Of a stretch of DNA of 24,336 nt, positions 1 through 9,022 are shown piece by piece. Under the pieces are notes generated by a model that saw only the letters and a program-made list of their open reading frames with translations, ran no database searches and was not told where the DNA came from. The translations under genes were made by a program, and so were the position numbers. Numbering within the stretch: the stretch's first letter is position 1; each line of letters begins with the position of its first letter. Where the stretch lies: contig JBBRLJ010000062.1 of the NCBI GenBank assembly GCA_038231435.1, forward strand, positions 1 to 24,336, read 5' to 3'. This DNA is from Planctomycetota bacterium (GTDB taxonomy: Bacteria; Planctomycetota; UBA11346).

Positions 1-314
1 CCCCCACGCCCCTTTGTCGCTCCTCTTTTTATCCGCTGCGCGGGTAAAAAGTTTGCGTGATGGGCTGCGCCCATTGTTCACGCAAACCGGAGCTCGGCGG
101 GCGGACGGCTAGCGCCGTGATCAGCGGGGGCATTGCCCCCGCACCCCCACGCCCCTTTGTCGCTCCTCTTTTTATCCGCTGCGCGGGTAAAAAGTTTGCG
201 TGATGGGCTGCGCCCATTGTTCACGCAAACCGGAGTTCGGCGGGCGGGCGGTTGGCGCCGCGGATTGACGGGGCTTTGCCCCCGGGCCCCCAATCAGCGG
301 GGGCATTGCCCCCG
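1..314. repeat. Tandem REP/BIME-like palindromic repeat, unit about 143 bp, two copies visible (probably truncated at the window edge)
   Basis: 1-92 is identical to 144-235. 1-119 vs 144-262 differ by 5 transitions. ATCAGCGGGGGCATTGCCCCCG occurs at 120-141 and 293-314. Each unit contains hairpins 25-51 and 51-87 with GC-TGC-GC loops plus a GGGGGC-ATT-GCCCCC hairpin. Confidence 0.9.
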
Positions 315-403
315 GGACACTGTGTTTTCAGCACGGTCCTGCACCTGATCATGCGAGGTCCACTGCCCTCGACCCGCGAGGGGTCGTGGGTAGGATCGGG
401 GGC

Positions 404-943
404 ATGCCAGGGGCTCCGCTTGTCGAGGTGCGTGCGTCCAGGATCGAGGGGCGGGGCGTGTATGCCGTGGCGCCGATCCGGCGCGGGGCGCGCATCATCG
501 AGTATACCGGCAAGCGCATCGATGATGCCCGAGCGACGGCGCTCTACGAGGATCCGTCGGCGGTTCGCCACCTGACCTACTTGTTCCAGGTGCGGCGAGG
601 GGTAGTCATCGACGGCGCGAACGGCGGCAACGCCGCGCGTTTCATCAACCATTCATGCAATCCGAATTGCGAAACGCTGATCGTCGGAGATCGCGTGTTC
701 ATCCACGCCAAGCGCGCGATCTCTGCGGGGGATGAGCTGACCTTCGACTACTGGTTTGAACGCGACGGGTCCGAGGACGCGGAAGTCGAGCGCGCCTACG
801 CCTGCCGCTGCGGTACCTCACGTTGCCGCGGCACCATGTTCGCGCCGCGGCGCCGAGCGCGCCGGCCGCTTCCAGGCGAGAAGGCTCGACCGGGCGTCGC
901 GAGCTCTCCGCGAGCTTCCGCGAGCTATAAGCAGCGATCATAG
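404..943 (+). CDS. SET-domain protein-lysine methyltransferase with post-SET Cys cluster
   Basis: Motifs IEGRGVYA, IIEYTG, ARFINHSCNPN, GDELTFDY and post-SET CRCGTSRCRG. ATG 404 chosen; alternative GTG at 386. Confidence 0.92.
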   Translation: MPGAPLVEVRASRIEGRGVYAVAPIRRGARIIEYTGKRIDDARATALYEDPSAVRHLTYLFQVRRGVVIDGANGGNAARFINHSCNPNCETLIVGDRVFIHAKRAISAGDELTFDYWFERDGSEDAEVERAYACRCGTSRCRGTMFAPRRRARRPLPGEKARPGVASSPRASASYKQRS

Positions 944-1726
944 CCGTTGGAACATCCGTGGCGAGACGCCGTAGCGCGCCTTGAAGCGGCGCGAGAACTG
1001 GAATTGGTCGCAGAAGCCCAGGCGATCGGCGACCTCGCCGACGGATGATGCCGTGAGCAATCGGCAGCTGAGTTCGAGTCGGGCCCGTTCGCGGAAGGCT
1101 CCTGGTGGTTCGTTGGCGAGCTCCCCGAAGCGCTTGCGGAAGACCTGCTCGCTGCAATCGAGCTGGCGCGCGATGGCGCCCAGCGAGACGCGCTTCTGGG
1201 TGTCGTTCAACAGGGCGCGGGCGCGGTCGAGCCATGCCTGCTGGTCTGGATGGATCTGCGGAGTGGCCGACCGCGCGACCTCGGCAAGCAGGCCATGAAG
1301 ACGCGCCACGGTCTCGAGCGGGCCGTCCGTTCGCTGGCTGCTCATGACCGAGGCGAAGCGTCTCAGCCAATAGGCGACTTGGCCCAGCCGCATCACCGGC
1401 CGCTCGGGTGACAACAGCGGCTCGGTCATCCAGGGAGCGAAGGTGTAGCCTGAGAAGATGATGAAGTACTCATCCCATCCGCCGTCTCGCTCAGGCAGGA
1501 ACCAATGTTCTAAGCCCGGGAATACAGCGAGGACGTCGCCTGGCCCGAGCGTCTCGACATGCCCGCGACGGTCGCCGTAACGCGCCCTGCCGGCGGCGGT
1601 GAGCACCAGCGCATGATGGGGAAAGTCGCGCCAGGGCGGCACTCCGGGGCTGCCGGGTTTCCAGCCGCCGATCACCATCCCGAGCGTGCCGGCGTCGGCC
1701 ATGACCATGCCTGGTGCGAGATCCAT
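938..1726 (-). CDS. AraC/XylS family transcriptional regulator
   Basis: N-terminal cupin-like segment (LGPGDVLAVFPGLEHWF) and C-terminal AraC signature VGEVADRLGFCDQFQFSRRFKARYGVSP. Start uncertain (ATG 1726 chosen; frame open to 1786). Confidence 0.88.
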   Translation of the reverse strand: MDLAPGMVMADAGTLGMVIGGWKPGSPGVPPWRDFPHHALVLTAAGRARYGDRRGHVETLGPGDVLAVFPGLEHWFLPERDGGWDEYFIIFSGYTFAPWMTEPLLSPERPVMRLGQVAYWLRRFASVMSSQRTDGPLETVARLHGLLAEVARSATPQIHPDQQAWLDRARALLNDTQKRVSLGAIARQLDCSEQVFRKRFGELANEPPGAFRERARLELSCRLLTASSVGEVADRLGFCDQFQFSRRFKARYGVSPRMFQRL

Positions 1727-1806
1727 GTCTCTGGATACCAGATAGCACATGCTGGGAAAGAGATTGCCCATTCCCAGGGTGATCACCGATCAGTATCACG
1801 ATCCTC

Positions 1807-2961
1807 ATGAAGCAAAAAATCCATGTGGCCGTGGTCGGACTCGGTTTCGGGGGCGAATTCGTCCCCATCTATCTCCACCACCCCGCGGTGCGGGCGGTCA
1901 CCGTCTGCGATCTGGATCCAGCCTCGCGCCGCAGGGCGGCCGAACGCTACGGCGTGACGCGTGACGTCGCCACGCTGGCCGAGGTCGTCTCCGATCCGGA
2001 TATCGATGCCGTGCATCTGGTGACGCCGATCCCGGAGCACGCGGCCCAATCGGTGTCGGTGCTGCGAGCCGGCAAGCACTGCGCCTGCACCGTGCCCGTC
2101 GCGACCAAGCTCGAGGATCTGGAAGAGCTGGTGCGCGCGCGCCATGAGAGCGGCAAGACCTTCATGATGATGGAGACCGCGGTCTACACGCGGGAGTTCC
2201 TGATGGTCCAGGAATGGCATGCCCGTGGCGAATTCGGGCGCATCCAGTTCCTGCGCGGCGCGCATTTCCAGGACATGGAGCATTGGCCGGCATACTGGCG
2301 CGGACTGCCGCCCATGCATTACGCCACGCACGCGATCAGCCCGTTGCTGAGGCTCGCTGGCTCGCGCGCGCGACGCGTCAGATGCCTCGGCTCGGGCACC
2401 ATGCGCCGCGAGCTGCGCGAAGCCGCCGGTAACCCGTTTCCGGTCGAGAGCGCTCTCTTCGAGCTCGAACGCGGCGAGGCGGTGGCCGAGGTCACGCGCA
2501 GTCTGTTCGAGACCGCTCGCGACTATACCGAATCCTTCTCGGTGCTCGGCAGCGAGCGTTCGTTCGAGTGGCAGCAACTCGAGTCCGAGCTGCCCGTGCG
2601 CTTCGTCCTGGAGGACCTTCGCGGCGGCCACTCCCGCGGTCGGGGCCACGGCATCGAACGGATCGCCGCGCCCGATCGGGCCCACCTGCTGCCGACGGAG
2701 ATCAGGCGCTTCACCACCCGCGGCGTCTACGACGCCTCCCAGCCGCACCGTTCCTTCACCCACGGCGGAGGCCACGGCGGTTCGCATCCGCATCTGGTCC
2801 ACGAATTCCTCTCCGCCATCGTGGAGGGCCGTCCGTCTGCGATCGACGCGGTCACCGCCGCGGACTGGACCGCTCCAGGGATCTGCGCGCACCTGTCGGC
2901 CATGCGCGGCGGCGAGGCGGTGGACATCCCGGACTTCGCCGTCCAGGCGCAGCCTGCGTGA
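1807..2961 (+). CDS. Gfo/Idh/MocA family NAD(P)-dependent oxidoreductase
   Basis: Rossmann motif VAVVGLGFGG, DPDIDAVHLVTPIPEH, AGKHCACTVP (EKP-equivalent position), C-terminal GGGHGGSHPHLVHEF. Confidence 0.88.
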   Translation: MKQKIHVAVVGLGFGGEFVPIYLHHPAVRAVTVCDLDPASRRRAAERYGVTRDVATLAEVVSDPDIDAVHLVTPIPEHAAQSVSVLRAGKHCACTVPVATKLEDLEELVRARHESGKTFMMMETAVYTREFLMVQEWHARGEFGRIQFLRGAHFQDMEHWPAYWRGLPPMHYATHAISPLLRLAGSRARRVRCLGSGTMRRELREAAGNPFPVESALFELERGEAVAEVTRSLFETARDYTESFSVLGSERSFEWQQLESELPVRFVLEDLRGGHSRGRGHGIERIAAPDRAHLLPTEIRRFTTRGVYDASQPHRSFTHGGGHGGSHPHLVHEFLSAIVEGRPSAIDAVTAADWTAPGICAHLSAMRGGEAVDIPDFAVQAQPA

Positions 2962-3015
2962 CCGTGATGAGGGTGGGGTCGCCGCGCCGAAGCGCGCAGA
3001 TCACGGCCAGTCGAT

Positions 3016-3058
3016 CAAACGAAGAAACCCCGGCCAAGGGCCGGGGTTTCTTCGTTTG
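3016..3058. terminator. Bidirectional intrinsic terminator between the oxidoreductase and the tRNA
   Basis: Perfect 20-bp inverted repeat CAAACGAAGAAACCCCGGCC-AAG-GGCCGGGGTTTCTTCGTTTG with T-rich tails on both strands, between convergent genes. Confidence 0.85.
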
Positions 3059-3133
3059 GCGCGCCGGGCTGGACTTGAACCAGCAACCTCCAGATTCGTA
3101 GTCTGATGCTCTATCCAATTGAGCTACCAGCGC
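3057..3133 (-). tRNA. tRNA-Arg (anticodon ACG), 77 nt, CCA encoded
   Basis: The reverse complement GCGCTGG TA GCTC AATTGGATA GAGC A TCAGA CTACGAA TCTGG AGGTT GCTGG TTCAAGT CCAGC CCGGCGC G CCA folds as a complete cloverleaf. Confidence 0.97.
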
Positions 3134-3145
3134 GTGCGGGATGCC

Positions 3146-3172
3146 AGCATAAAACCAAAGCCCCTCGGTCAA
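3146..3172 (-). promoter_or_regulatory. Candidate sigma70-type promoter for the tRNA
   Basis: Minus-strand TTGACC-N15-TATGCT ending 12 bp upstream of the tRNA; the spacer is shorter than optimal. Confidence 0.35.
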
Positions 3173-3273
3173 GGTCTTTGGAACGCGCATCGCTGATCGC
3201 GTTCGTGGCCGACGCCCCCGGCGATGCCCCGAGCATGTTGCCTGGGGAATCCCAGCGCTAGCGTGGGGCTTCC

Positions 3274-3882
3274 GTGGTCATCGTCATCGACAACTACGAT
3301 AGTTTCACCTACAACCTGGTGCAGTATCTCTGGGAGCTGGGGGCCGACGTGACGGTCTACCGCAACGACGAGAAGACCGCCGTCCAGGTGATCGCCGAAC
3401 GTCCCGACCACATCGTCATCTCGCCCGGGCCCTGCACCCCGAACGAGGCCGGCATCAGCCTCGAACTGATTGGCGCTGCGGCCAAGGCCGGTGTGCCGCT
3501 GCTCGGCGTGTGCCTGGGCCATCAGTCGATCGGCCAGGCCTTCGGCGGCAAGGTCGAGCGCGCCGGCAGGCTCATGCACGGCAAGACCTCGCAGATCCGC
3601 CACGACGGCAAGGGCGTGTTCGCCGGCGTGCCCAGCCCGTTCACCGCCACCCGCTACCACAGCCTGGTGGTGAACGATCGGCTGCCGGCGTGCCTCGAGG
3701 CGACCGCCTGGACGACCGACGCCTCCGAGCTGATGGGCATCCGCCACAAGGAGCTGCCCATCGAAGGTGTCCAGTTCCATCCCGAGAGCTTCCTCACCGA
3801 GCACGGACACCAGCTGCTGCGCAACTTCCTCGCGCGTTCGGGTGAATCGAAGCGCGCCCGCGCGCTGGAGTCCCAGACATGA
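3274..3882 (+). CDS. trpG: Anthranilate/aminodeoxychorismate synthase component II (class I glutamine amidotransferase, TrpG/PabA)
   Basis: [50 protein letters not shown]. TrpG and PabA cannot be told apart here. Confidence 0.93.
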   Translation: MVIVIDNYDSFTYNLVQYLWELGADVTVYRNDEKTAVQVIAERPDHIVISPGPCTPNEAGISLELIGAAAKAGVPLLGVCLGHQSIGQAFGGKVERAGRLMHGKTSQIRHDGKGVFAGVPSPFTATRYHSLVVNDRLPACLEATAWTTDASELMGIRHKELPIEGVQFHPESFLTEHGHQLLRNFLARSGESKRARALESQT

Positions 3883-4631
3883 GCGATGACGACACCATCC
3901 TCGACGATGCCGTTGGCGACGAGACCGCGCCTTCCGATGGGGCGGCTGGCCCGGCGGGATCAGGTGAGGATGGGGCCGCTTCGACGGGCGTCCCGCACGA
4001 TGGCGAGGCGTCAGTCGAGACGCTCGACGCCGCCGAGGTCAAGGCAGAGCTGGCCGGGCCCGTCACCACCGAGGGAGTACCCGAGGTGGCGCCTGACGTC
4101 GCCGACCTGCCCCCCGACGAACTGCGCGCGGTGGTCGAGAGCCTGCTCTTCGTCGCCACCCGGCCGCTGGGCATCGAACGCCTGGTCGCCTGCCTGCCCG
4201 GCACCAGCGAAGCCTATCTCGAGAGCTTCCTGGCCGGACTCGCCGCCCGCTACGACCACGAGAACCGGGGCTGGGAGCTGCGGCGGATCGCGAACGGCTG
4301 GCAGCTCTTGACCCGCCGCGCTCACCACGCCTGGGTCCGTCAACTCGAACGCAAGGAGCTGCCGACGCGTTTGTCCAAGAGCGCGCTCGAGACCCTCGCC
4401 ATCGTCGCCTACAAGCAGCCGATCACGCGCGGCGCATGCGAGGACATCCGCGGCGTGCAGTGCGGCCCGGTCCTGCGTCAGCTGATGGATCTGCGCCTCG
4501 TGCAGGTGACCGGCCGCAACGACGAGATGCTCGGGCGACCGCTGCTGTACGGCACCACCGAGTCATTCCTCTCGCGCTTCGGTCTCGGCTCGCTCGCCGA
4601 TCTGCCCAGCAAGCACGAATTCGGGGCATGA
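3879..4631 (+). CDS. scpB: SMC-Scp complex subunit ScpB with acidic N-terminal extension
   Basis: [63 protein letters not shown] overlap with the upstream stop. Confidence 0.95.
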   Translation: MSDDDTILDDAVGDETAPSDGAAGPAGSGEDGAASTGVPHDGEASVETLDAAEVKAELAGPVTTEGVPEVAPDVADLPPDELRAVVESLLFVATRPLGIERLVACLPGTSEAYLESFLAGLAARYDHENRGWELRRIANGWQLLTRRAHHAWVRQLERKELPTRLSKSALETLAIVAYKQPITRGACEDIRGVQCGPVLRQLMDLRLVQVTGRNDEMLGRPLLYGTTESFLSRFGLGSLADLPSKHEFGA

Positions 4632-4695
4632 TCGCCGCACTCGCCAGAACGGGCGCGATGGCGGTCGACGGCTCGCCCGTGACGGGTCCGCGCGC

Positions 4696-6936
4696 ATGAA
4701 CCGCATCGGCTACCTGGTCATCGCGGTGCTCATCGTCGGCCTCGCCGCATACCTCTTCTGGCCGCAAGCGGTCGTCGGCGAAGGCGTGCCGCTCTTCGAT
4801 CGCCCCGAGCCCGCGGAATTCGTCGTGAAGGCGGCTGGGCTCGAGCAGCGCGTCACCGGCCGCACCGTCACCGTGGCCGGACTCGATCGGCCGGTCGACG
4901 CGCAGCGGGTCGCCGGCCTGTGGACCATGCTGCACGCCATCGCGGTGCCCAAGGCCAAGATCGTCGATCCGGTCGCCCCTGACCAGCTCAGCGCCTACGG
5001 CATCGACGGCACGCGCGAGATATCAGCCACCGCGCCAACGGCGCTGACGCTGCGCTGGGGCGAGAGCGGCGGCAACGGCTACATCTGGGACGGGCACCGC
5101 CTCTTCAATGTTCCCGAGCCGGCGGTCGCGCGTCTCGAAACCGCGGCGGGCCGCCTCGACGTGATGGCGGCGCTTCCGAGCGCGGGATCGATCGAGCGCA
5201 TCGATACCGGCGCCGCCGTGGTCGAGCGCACCGCCACCGGCTGGCGGGATACGCGGCATCCGGAGCGGGCGACCTGCACGGTCAGGGCCGGCCATCTGCT
5301 CGGCCGCATCGCCGCGCTCCAGCTGGCGAACCTCGCGCCGGCCGCCGCCACCGAGCCGGCGTGCGTGCTGCACGTGAGCTCGGCGCATCCGGCCGAGGAG
5401 CACGTGGTCACGCTCGGGGCGATGCCGGGCGGCGCCGCCGGTGGAACCATCGCCGTGGACGCGTTGCCCGCGCAGCGCATCGGCATAGACGAGTTCACCG
5501 GGTGGAAGCACGACTGCGACGAGCTCGCCCACGACTACCTGGTGGATCTCGACCCCGGTCAGGCGCGCGTCGACATCGAGCACGTCGTCGCGCAGCTCGG
5601 TGGCAGGCCCTGGTTCAGTGCCGATCGGCGGCAGGCGTCCTTCCGCCCCGGCGAGACCGACTGGGACGTCTCCTGGGAAGGGGGGCGCGAGGCCGCTTCC
5701 GAGGATTCGGTGGCGAGCTTGCTCGCGGTCCTCGCCGCGATCCCGATCGAGGATTCCGCCGCCGGGCCGAGCCCGCTGCCGGCGTCACTGACCGCGCGCC
5801 GGCTGTGCCTCGTCCACCAGAACGGCGGCATCGACGACATCACCATCGACGGCGATCAGGCCTGGACCCCCACCCATCATGGGCGAGTAGCCGTGCTGCC
5901 TGCGATGCTCGCCTCGCTGGAGCCGGCGACGCTGCTCGATCGTGCGCTGACCGTTCCGGCGCCGGAGCGCGTCGAGAAGCTGCAGCGCCAGGAATTCGCC
6001 CATCAGCCGCCGGCGCAAGAGGTGGTCGCGCGCGCCGAGGACGGGACCTGGTCGCGCACGTTCCCCGCCCCCGCGCCCGGAACGTCGCGCGCGGCGGTGG
6101 ATGCCGTGGTGGTAGGGCGACTGGCACGCGCGCTGTGCGCCGCGCGCGCCACCTCGGTGCGCCTGCTGACCGACGAGGATCGCGCCACCCTCGAGCATCC
6201 GGTGTTCGAGCTGGACGCGCGCTTCGCGCCGCGTGCCGCCGGCGCGCCGAGCATGGAGATCGCCGACGAGCGCGACACCGTGCCGCAGGATCGAGGCTTC
6301 GCCTTCGCGCCGGAATCCCCCGCCCAAGCCGCCACCAACGCGGGTGGCGGCGGCGCGTGGCGCGCCGTCGACAAGGAAGGGGGCGTGAGCTACCTGCTCG
6401 ACGCCGAGACCGTCGACATCCTGCGCGCGCCGATCGATGCCGACGCGCTCTATCCGGTGGTGCCGGGCCTGGTGCGGACGATCGAAGTCGTCACGGCGAA
6501 GGAGCGCTACGTGATCGAGCGCGGCGACCAGGGCTGGACGGTCCGGGATGCCGATGCGGCGAACGGCAGCTCGCCCCCGTCACCACCAGAGCCCGCGAAC
6601 GAGATCGAGGTCCGTCGCCTGTTCCGCGATCTCGCCGAGCTGCGCGCGCTCTCGCGCGAGCCGACGGCCGCGCCCCTGCTGCCCACCGCCGCCAGCGCGA
6701 CGATCTGCTGCGCCATGCCCGCAAGCGCCGGCGAGACCGAGCGCCTCACCCTGACCATCGGCGGGGCGGAAAACGGTTCGGCGCCGGCATCGATCGATTC
6801 GACCCGCCCACAAACGCCGGTGCCGAAGGGTCGTGTGCGCCTGGCCGCAGCCGCCATAATCAAGATCGCGCCGCAGCGCTCGCGCTTCGTCGCGCCCTCG
6901 GCAGTCCCGTCCGCGCCGCAGCCGCTCTCGCCGTGA
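4696..6936 (+). CDS. Membrane-anchored exported protein, probably with repeated DUF4340-like domains
   Basis: 746-aa ORF with GC3-biased codons and an N-terminal TM helix (GYLVIAVLIVGLAAYLFW). Recurring 'ER...W...(P)VD/AN...V..L...L' segments and LSAYGID resemble DUF4340. Confidence 0.6.
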   Translation: MNRIGYLVIAVLIVGLAAYLFWPQAVVGEGVPLFDRPEPAEFVVKAAGLEQRVTGRTVTVAGLDRPVDAQRVAGLWTMLHAIAVPKAKIVDPVAPDQLSAYGIDGTREISATAPTALTLRWGESGGNGYIWDGHRLFNVPEPAVARLETAAGRLDVMAALPSAGSIERIDTGAAVVERTATGWRDTRHPERATCTVRAGHLLGRIAALQLANLAPAAATEPACVLHVSSAHPAEEHVVTLGAMPGGAAGGTIAVDALPAQRIGIDEFTGWKHDCDELAHDYLVDLDPGQARVDIEHVVAQLGGRPWFSADRRQASFRPGETDWDVSWEGGREAASEDSVASLLAVLAAIPIEDSAAGPSPLPASLTARRLCLVHQNGGIDDITIDGDQAWTPTHHGRVAVLPAMLASLEPATLLDRALTVPAPERVEKLQRQEFAHQPPAQEVVARAEDGTWSRTFPAPAPGTSRAAVDAVVVGRLARALCAARATSVRLLTDEDRATLEHPVFELDARFAPRAAGAPSMEIADERDTVPQDRGFAFAPESPAQAATNAGGGGAWRAVDKEGGVSYLLDAETVDILRAPIDADALYPVVPGLVRTIEVVTAKERYVIERGDQGWTVRDADAANGSSPPSPPEPANEIEVRRLFRDLAELRALSREPTAAPLLPTAASATICCAMPASAGETERLTLTIGGAENGSAPASIDSTRPQTPVPKGRVRLAAAAIIKIAPQRSRFVAPSAVPSAPQPLSP

Positions 6937-7835
6937 CGCCGCTGAAGTCATTGAAGCAGCGCCTGCTCGAGGATCTCGCCGCGGGCGGACTCGCGCCGCT
7001 GCATCGCCTCGGGCAGAATTTCATGATCGACGAGCACGCGCTCGCCGCCTTGACCGACGAGCTCGGCGCGGCGCCGGGCATGCGCGTGGTCGAGGTCGGT
7101 CCCGGCACCGGCTCCCTGACTGAACGCCTGCTCGAGCGCGGCTGCGCGGTGCTGGCGGTGGAGATCGACAAGGGGCTGTGCGCCTTGCTGACGCGCACGC
7201 TGGTGCCGCGCGGTCTGACGCTGGTGCATGGCGACTGCCTCGCGAGCAAGTCGCGCCTGCATCCGGCGATCGAGGCGTTCGCCTCGGCCTCCGGCGGGTC
7301 CGGCGCCGCGCCGTGGCGCCTCGGCGCCAACCAGCCCTACGATGTCGCCCTGCCGGTGGTGCTGAACGCGGCGGCACTGCCGAACCAGCCGCAGCGCATC
7401 GCCGTGACGGTGCAGTACGAGGCCGCGCGCCGCCTGTGCTCGAAGCCCGGCGACGAAGCCTGGGGCGCGAGCGCGGCGGTGCTCCAGGCGGCGGGCGCGC
7501 CGCGCCTGGCGCGCACGCTCGGCCCAGACAGCTTCCACCCGCGACCGCGCGTCGACAGCGCGCTCTTGACCTGGGAGCCGCAGAGGCCGCTGCCCGAAGG
7601 CTTCGGCGCGTGGTGCAGGCGGGTGTTCTCGGCGCGCCGCAAGGTGCTGCCCGGCGCGTTGCGCGACGCCGGCCGCGACGGGGGCATGACACGCGCCGCC
7701 GCCGAGGATGCGTGCCGCGCTTGCGGCCTCGACGTCTCCCGAAGGCTTGAACAGCTCGACGCCACCGAACTGCTCGTCCTGTACGGCGCGCTCACGCGCG
7801 CCGGATCCGCCGCTCCCTTGGACAAACCGTCATGA
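6933..7835 (+). CDS. rsmA: 16S rRNA adenine dimethyltransferase RsmA/KsgA
   Basis: LGQNFMID, VVEVGPGTGSLT, AVEID, ANQPY, SFHPRPRVDSA, FSARRK. The GTG start at 6933 overlaps the upstream TGA; this is the C-terminal 300 aa of track ORF 5361..7835. Confidence 0.92.
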   Translation: MTPLKSLKQRLLEDLAAGGLAPLHRLGQNFMIDEHALAALTDELGAAPGMRVVEVGPGTGSLTERLLERGCAVLAVEIDKGLCALLTRTLVPRGLTLVHGDCLASKSRLHPAIEAFASASGGSGAAPWRLGANQPYDVALPVVLNAAALPNQPQRIAVTVQYEAARRLCSKPGDEAWGASAAVLQAAGAPRLARTLGPDSFHPRPRVDSALLTWEPQRPLPEGFGAWCRRVFSARRKVLPGALRDAGRDGGMTRAAAEDACRACGLDVSRRLEQLDATELLVLYGALTRAGSAAPLDKPS

Positions 7836-9022
7836 TCCGCCCGCTCCCGACCATCGCCGCGCTCGCTCTGCTGCTGTCCGCCTGCCCGCGATCGTGGGCG
7901 GCGGCGGCCGAGCCCAGCGCCGATCCCACCACCATCCCGGTGGCGTTGATCGACGGCAAGCCGATCACCCTGCGCCAGGTCGAGGATGCGCTGCTCAAGA
8001 AGGAAGGCTCGGAGCAGCTCGAGGAGTGGGTGCACGCCCACCTCGAGCACATCGACTGGAGCAAGCTGAGCGACGACGAGGTCATCCTGGCGATCGGCGG
8101 CACCCAGCTCAAGCGCAAGGAGCTGGCGGTGTCGCTGCTGAAGTCCGGGACCGGCAAGGTACGCGAGGACCTGATCAACATCACTCTGGTCGAGAACGCG
8201 CTGGTGAAGCAGGGCGTGACCATCGACCAGCAGGCGATCGACAGCGCCTTCGCCTCGATGGAGCGCAAGTTCAAGTCGACGCAGAAGGACAAGAGCCAGC
8301 AGATCGATTTCGCCTCGTACATCCAGGCGAAGGAGGGCCTGCCTCCTGACGAGTTCAAGAAGCAGGCCGGCTTCCGCATGTTCGCCGGCGTGCGCGCCTT
8401 GGTGGTCAAGCGCGCGCGTGAGGAGCTCTCCGATGCCGACCGCATGCTGTGGTTCGACGGGCATCGCGCGCGTTACGACCAGCGCGAGGGGGTGGAACTG
8501 TCCGACATCTTCCTTCCCTACTACCCGCGCAAGGACAAGGATGGCAAGGACGTGGTCGACGAAGACGAGCGCAACCGCCTGATGTCGTTGGTGCTCGGGC
8601 TGTTCGTGAACATCCGCGATGGCAAGCAGGAGTTCGCGCTCACCTGGTCGGCCTTCAGCAAGGGCCGGGACCCCGACACCGCCGAGGGCGGCAAGCTCGG
8701 CTGGGTCGGCCACGACGGCACGCGCGCGAATCCGGCGGCGCGCGTGATCCCGAAGCAGGTCGTGGACCTCGCCTTCGCGGTCACCAAGTTCCCGACCCTG
8801 CTCCAGCCCGAGCTGGGTCCCAACGGCATCGACCTGGTGCGCGTCGACGCGCATCGCGAGGCCAAGCTGGCGACCTATGACGAGGTCAAGGAGCGGGTGT
8901 TCCAGGACTTGCTCGAAGAGCAGCTCGACGATCGCACCCAGCGCATGATGGGCGATCTACGCCGGGCGGCGGACATCCAGATGAAATCCATTCCCGACGC
9001 CATCGAGCAGCGTTCGCGCTGA
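7832..9022 (+). CDS. Exported SurA/PrsA-like chaperone with PpiC (parvulin)-type domain
   Basis: Signal peptide; VALIDGKPITLRQV (SurA N-terminal-like); VELSDIF...GKQEFA...S...DTAEGGKLGWV...VVDLAFA...GPNGIDLVRV; TYDEVKERV. Confidence 0.78.
   Translation: MIRPLPTIAALALLLSACPRSWAAAAEPSADPTTIPVALIDGKPITLRQVEDALLKKEGSEQLEEWVHAHLEHIDWSKLSDDEVILAIGGTQLKRKELAVSLLKSGTGKVREDLINITLVENALVKQGVTIDQQAIDSAFASMERKFKSTQKDKSQQIDFASYIQAKEGLPPDEFKKQAGFRMFAGVRALVVKRAREELSDADRMLWFDGHRARYDQREGVELSDIFLPYYPRKDKDGKDVVDEDERNRLMSLVLGLFVNIRDGKQEFALTWSAFSKGRDPDTAEGGKLGWVGHDGTRANPAARVIPKQVVDLAFAVTKFPTLLQPELGPNGIDLVRVDAHREAKLATYDEVKERVFQDLLEEQLDDRTQRMMGDLRRAADIQMKSIPDAIEQRSR

Noticed and set aside
1..314. CRISPR array
   Set aside because: Units are about 143 bp and near-identical throughout, there are no unique spacers, and no cas genes are present.
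315..3056. Genomic island integrated at the tRNA-Arg 3' end
   Set aside because: No integrase and no duplicated tRNA 3' fragment were seen in the window, and the native terminator directly follows the tRNA.
5361..6932. 824-aa RsmA fusion suggested by the ORF track
   Set aside because: The N-terminal 524 aa is an Arg-rich off-frame shadow of the 4696..6936 gene; RsmA motifs begin only after GTG 6933.
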